In this document: piece after piece, positions 59,849 to 64,000 of the stretch
Layout: the number at the start of each line of letters is the position of its first letter
Numbering within the stretch: position 1 is the stretch's first letter
Assembly: GCA_902510995.1 (NCBI GenBank)
Contig: CABXDL010000001.1
Location: 49,457-113,456 of the forward strand
Direction of reading: 5' to 3'
Source: an uncultured Candidatus Actinomarina sp.
GTDB taxonomy: Bacteria > Actinomycetota > Acidimicrobiia > Actinomarinales > Actinomarinaceae
DNA: 64,000 nucleotides
Notes under the pieces: model-generated
Databases searched by the model: none
What the model was told of the DNA's origin: nothing
What the model saw: the letters and a program-made list of their open reading frames with translations, nothing else
Program-made: the position numbers and the translations under genes

Positions 59849-60874
59849 ATGAGGCTAACTCAATACTCTCACGGCTCTGGCTGAGCTTGTAAACTCGCAC
59901 CAAGCGAGCTTGCTCAAGTTTTGAAGCAATTTGAACAACATAAAGCACTAAAATCTGAAAACTTAATTGTTGGTTTAGAAAACCCAGATGATGGTGGAGT
60001 GATCAACATTGGTGAAACAAAAATTATACAAACTGTAGATTTCTTTACACCAATTCTCGACAATCCTTATGACTGGGGAAGAGTTGCAGCTGCTAATGCC
60101 TTGTCTGATATTTATGCAATGGGAGGAGATCCTATATCTGCACTTCAACTAGTTTGTTGGCCCAGAGAAGATATAAGTTTTGATATCTTGGCTGAAGTGA
60201 TTAATGGAGGCCTTGACGTTATGGGTGAAGCAGGTTGTACCGTTATTGGTGGTCATAGTATTGACGACAAAGAACCGAAGTATGGTTTTTCCGTAACAGG
60301 AGTAATAAAAGACAATCCATTACTTAACAACAGCATTTCAGATAAAGACAAACTATATATTACAAAACCACTAGGCACAGGAATCATTGCAACAGCAATA
60401 AAAAAAGACATGGCTTCAGAGGAAGAAATCCTAGAAGCTACAAATAACATGGTTGCATTAAATAAAAATGCACTTAAGTTTGCAAAAGATAATAATGCAA
60501 ACGCACTCACAGACATAACTGGTTTCGGATTACTTGGTCATTTAACAGAAATGATAAACGGGACAAAGCTATCAGCAGTTATAAATTCAGACAATATTCC
60601 AGTAATTAAGGGAGTACATGATCTTCTTAATAAAGACATTTACCCTTCAGGGAGCGAAAGAAACCTAGCCTCTATAAAAGATAAATTAATATATGAAGTT
60701 GAGGAAGAGAAAATTAAAATATTTTGTGATGCCCAAACAAGCGGAGGTTTGCTAATTTCACTACCCGATAAAGGAAATATCAACCTTAAAGAAGCAAGAG
60801 ATAATTACGGAATTGATATCTGGGAAATAGGCGAAATAACTACACAATATAATGAAAAGATAAATATTATTTAA
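59849..60874 (+). CDS. selD: Selenide, water dikinase (selenophosphate synthetase), Sec-containing (UGA at 59882..59884)
   Basis: AGGAGG RBS, then ATG 59849 and the translation MRLTQYSHGSG-U-ACKLAPSELAQVL. This matches the SelD active-site motif, in which E. coli has Cys. The ORF track starts only at 59921. Confidence 0.85.
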
Positions 60875-60877
60875 TTA

Positions 60878-61792
60878 ATGATTAAAACACTCACCAAAAT
60901 ATTTGCTTTTACTACGATTATAAAAAATTTAGTTGGGACAAAAAAAAGCAAGACAGAAGGAGTAACACAACTTCATCCTTCAAAAATTTCTGGAAGAACA
61001 ATTTTTATTCGCGAAAAAGAATATTTTATTAGAGAAGCCTTTGTTGATGGCACAACCCCAATAGTTTTTTTACATAGCTGGGGATCCGACTCATTAGGCA
61101 GTTGGTTTAAAGTTTTACCAAAATATGAAACAAAAAACTCCTTTGTTGCTATTGACCTAAAGAATCATGGCAAATCAGATGCAAGCTGGGAGAGATGGGA
61201 CATTGATGAAAATGCAGATATTGTAATCAGTGTTTTGAAAGATTTGAATATATCAGAATGCTATTTAGTTGGCTGGTCTATGGGGAGTGCAGTTGCTCTA
61301 AGCGTGACAAGAAAAAATCGAGATCTTGTAAAAAAATTAGTTTTAATAACTCCTTTCAGCTGGCAAGGTTTTAGCACGGAGTCACCTTTATTTAAAATAT
61401 TTGTAGCAGGAGTAAGAGCAAGAGAAAGACTTTTTCCTAATTCAAATCCACAATCAAAGTATTCATTTCTAAGGAAATCAAAAGCTGTAAAGAACGAATA
61501 TTCTGATTGGGCTTGGAATAATCTACATAAATCAAAAGATAATTTTATTTATGCTGACGGAGGTAGGTTTGTAGTCCCTTTTGATGCAAGGCCATGGTTA
61601 GGTGAAATTAATACTGAAACACTTGTACTAACTGGTGGCAAAGATAGCTTAGTCCCAGAACAGGTTTCTACTGAAATAATAGATGGCTTGCCGAATGTTG
61701 AGTCTAAGATCTTTATCGATGCGACACACGGGATTCCATGGACTCATGACCAAGAGCTTTCTGATGAGCTAGATAGATTTTTTGAGATATGA
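60878..61792 (+). CDS. Alpha/beta hydrolase
   Basis: HSWGSD oxyanion region and GWSMGS nucleophile elbow. It sits 4 nt after selD. Confidence 0.65.
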   Translation: MIKTLTKIFAFTTIIKNLVGTKKSKTEGVTQLHPSKISGRTIFIREKEYFIREAFVDGTTPIVFLHSWGSDSLGSWFKVLPKYETKNSFVAIDLKNHGKSDASWERWDIDENADIVISVLKDLNISECYLVGWSMGSAVALSVTRKNRDLVKKLVLITPFSWQGFSTESPLFKIFVAGVRARERLFPNSNPQSKYSFLRKSKAVKNEYSDWAWNNLHKSKDNFIYADGGRFVVPFDARPWLGEINTETLVLTGGKDSLVPEQVSTEIIDGLPNVESKIFIDATHGIPWTHDQELSDELDRFFEI

Positions 61793-62919
61793 AAAATGTA
61801 CTTTTTGTTGCTCCAACTACATATCAAATACCTTTAACTGAAAATATAGAAAAAAAATTTAAATACTTGAGTGAAATTTGTAACTTACATATTTTTGCTT
61901 TTTCCAATGAAAAAAATCATCTTAAAATTGGAGATACAAAACTCTATCTTTATAAGAAAGTTAAAAATAGAATATTAAATTATTTAAAAATATTTTTTTT
62001 GTCAGTTTTTATGCTCCCATCAGTTATTAAAGAAAACAATATAGAGATAATCTCATACCAGGATCCAGTATCTAGTTTTTTTTCTATTTTTGTTTTAAGA
62101 CTAAGGAATATAAAAACAAAAATAATTATTGAAACTCATGGGGATTTTATTGAAACATTAAGCCTTGAGAAGAATTTATTATTTCCAAGTATTTATAAGA
62201 AAGTGTTTATAAGCATGGCTAAATACACACTAGACAAAGCGGACAAACTTAGAACCGTTTCCTCATCTACAGAAGCCCAGGTAAGGGAAATAAATCAAAA
62301 TAAGGAAATAACTAGGTTTCCAGCTTGGGTAGATTTTGATAATTATAAAGATATTGAACCAGTTCGAGAGAACAATAAAGATTTTAAAATTTTATTCATA
62401 GGTAGTGTAACTGATAGAAAAAAACCCCACTTGATTGTCGAAGCATTAAATAATATTAAAAGCAAAGAGATAAAGTTATTTATTGTTGGGCCAATGCCTA
62501 ATGAAAGTTATTTAACTAAATTAAAAGAGCTTGTTAAGAGATATAGCCTAGAAGAGCAGGTAATATTTACTGGTTCTGTAGATAGAAAATCAGTCATGGA
62601 ACATTATGCAGAGACAAATTTGATGATTTTACCATCAGTTTCTGAAGGCTTAGCAAGAGTAATATTCGAGTCACAGGTAGCTGCTTGTCCTGTGCTCGTA
62701 ACAGATGCTCCAGGGATGGGTGATATTGTCATTGATGGACAGACTGGGTATATATTTGAAAGTAATAATCTTGAAAGCCTCACCAATAAAATACAAGAAA
62801 TTAAAAACAACTATGAAGAAGCAATACATGTTGGTAACAATGCAAAAGATTTTATATTAAGCAATTATTCAGCAGATAATTTTAAGTTTAGTTTTCAAAA
62901 GCTCTTCGATACTGCATGA
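61789..62919 (+). CDS. GT-B glycosyltransferase (GT4 family)
   Basis: C-terminal EGLARVIFESQVAACPVLVTD block (E-x7-E-like GT4 motif). Confidence 0.8.
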   Translation: MKNVLFVAPTTYQIPLTENIEKKFKYLSEICNLHIFAFSNEKNHLKIGDTKLYLYKKVKNRILNYLKIFFLSVFMLPSVIKENNIEIISYQDPVSSFFSIFVLRLRNIKTKIIIETHGDFIETLSLEKNLLFPSIYKKVFISMAKYTLDKADKLRTVSSSTEAQVREINQNKEITRFPAWVDFDNYKDIEPVRENNKDFKILFIGSVTDRKKPHLIVEALNNIKSKEIKLFIVGPMPNESYLTKLKELVKRYSLEEQVIFTGSVDRKSVMEHYAETNLMILPSVSEGLARVIFESQVAACPVLVTDAPGMGDIVIDGQTGYIFESNNLESLTNKIQEIKNNYEEAIHVGNNAKDFILSNYSADNFKFSFQKLFDTA

Positions 62920-62948
62920 GATAGGCTTCGATACTGTATGAGTTTGTA

Positions 62949-63464
62949 ATGTTAAGAACATTAGTATCTATAATTTTACCAATAATTTTTATTGGAGGAA
63001 TTATATGGCTTATTAAAAGCTCTAATAGAAAGATTAATGAAGCATTAATTAAAGCATCAGAGAAGTTAAATTTTCTTTACAGCCCTTCAGACAGGCTTTT
63101 CAAGAAAAAAATTACGTCTGGGACAATAGATGGTTATAAGTGTGAAATAATTGTATACACACAAAGCCACGGTGAATCATCATCAACTTATATTTCTTTC
63201 TTTACTTACTTTCCAGATAGTTTAAATATGGGAATAAAGATTAATTGGAGGGGACAGTTTGAAGGAGACGATGACCATGTAGCAAATCTTTTCATAGAGC
63301 GAAATTTAGATCTTGTTGAAAGCCATAAGAAGAAACTTAGACGATTAAAAATAACTGACACGTATGTAAATTCTAGAAAAATTTTATTTAAAAAATATTT
63401 TAATCCTGAAGAGATTGTAAAAACTATGCATGACGTTGTTAATCTTGCAAAAAAAATAAAATAA
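62949..63464 (+). CDS. Hypothetical membrane-anchored protein
   Basis: N-terminal TM helix. No family recognised. Confidence 0.35.
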   Translation: MLRTLVSIILPIIFIGGIIWLIKSSNRKINEALIKASEKLNFLYSPSDRLFKKKITSGTIDGYKCEIIVYTQSHGESSSTYISFFTYFPDSLNMGIKINWRGQFEGDDDHVANLFIERNLDLVESHKKKLRRLKITDTYVNSRKILFKKYFNPEEIVKTMHDVVNLAKKIK

Positions 63465-63466
63465 AA

Positions 63467-63494
63467 AAGAGTCCAGTTTCCTGAACTCTTTTTT
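63467..63494 (+). terminator. Rho-independent terminator
   Basis: AAGAGTCCAG-TTTC-CTGAACTCTT hairpin followed by TTTT. Confidence 0.55.
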
Positions 63495-63624
63495 GAGGTA
63501 ACAGGCTTATTACCTAATTTTTATAATAATATAAGTTATTTTTAAATTAAAATATATTTAATTTTCATAAATTTATCTTCTGAAGAACATTTGAATCACA
63601 AATTAAGATATTCTAAAGTGGGGA

Positions 63625-64000
63625 AATGAGCATAAAAAATAAAGCATTCAGTTATGAACCTAACTACAGTATTAATTCAGCTTCACAAGTTGAAACAGCT
63701 GAAGAATTGAAAGTTTTTGAAGGTAAAATGGGAAAGGGAGTAGTCAATAGATGGACTTATAAACCTTTTCGCCTATTAGGCCGTTTTTTAACTCCGAAAC
63801 CTGATATCACTGGAGTAACCATAATAGATGAAAAAGATGTTGGAAGAGGAATGTTAATTGTTCAACCAAAAAAACAAGAGATAGGTGGTGCATTATTTAT
63901 TATCCATGGTGGAGGTTATGTTGTTGGTAATTATAAAGATGTATTAGTGTATGCTTGCGAAACAGCAAGAGAGCTTGGTGTTCCAGTAGTCAGCCCTGGA
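63625..64000 (+). CDS. Alpha/beta-hydrolase-fold esterase/lipase (3' end outside window)
   Basis: HGGG oxyanion motif. The ORF runs off the window end. Confidence 0.55.

Overview
This is a gene-dense, low-GC window (roughly one-third GC by eye) from what looks like a streamlined actinobacterium. The actinobacterial call rests on dnaK-grpE-dnaJ-hspR, crgA next to a PASTA-type pknB and a PP2C phosphatase, the ribosomal micro-protein bS22, a PAC2 protein, ask-asd and MurJ. Most genes are housekeeping: serS, tadA, dnaX, purA/purB, nadE, lnt, copZA, a highly expressed amino-acid ABC transporter, and six tRNAs.

The main discovery is selenium utilisation that the stop-to-stop ORF track cannot see. 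(1) A 78-codon SelW/Rdx-like gene at 30256..30492 has an in-frame UGA inside a C-V-V-U redox motif. A 6-bp hairpin with G-U in its apical loop sits exactly 11 nt downstream, which is the bacterial SECIS geometry. The gene overlaps the start of a TauE/SafE permease by 4 nt. (2) selD at 59849..60874 truly begins 24 codons upstream of the tracked ORF and carries UGA in the canonical SelD active-site motif (MRLTQYSHGSG-U-ACK). It is followed by an alpha/beta hydrolase and a GT4 glycosyltransferase, so a sen-like selenosugar or selenometabolite module may also be present.

Other observations:
- Two paralogous 63-64-aa zinc-ribbon proteins resemble Z-type ribosomal protein bS14. One heads the dnaK operon behind a HAIR-like palindrome. 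The other sits upstream of copZA, next to a perfect TGTGA-N6-TCACA site.
- An ABC permease carries a lipoyl/biotinyl-like insertion.
- A MutY-like glycosylase has a C-terminal wHTH domain in place of the usual NUDIX-like domain.
- A bS22 micro-ORF is not in the ORF track.
- tadA lies next to its substrate, tRNA-Arg(ACG).

No CRISPR arrays, transposases or integrases were seen.
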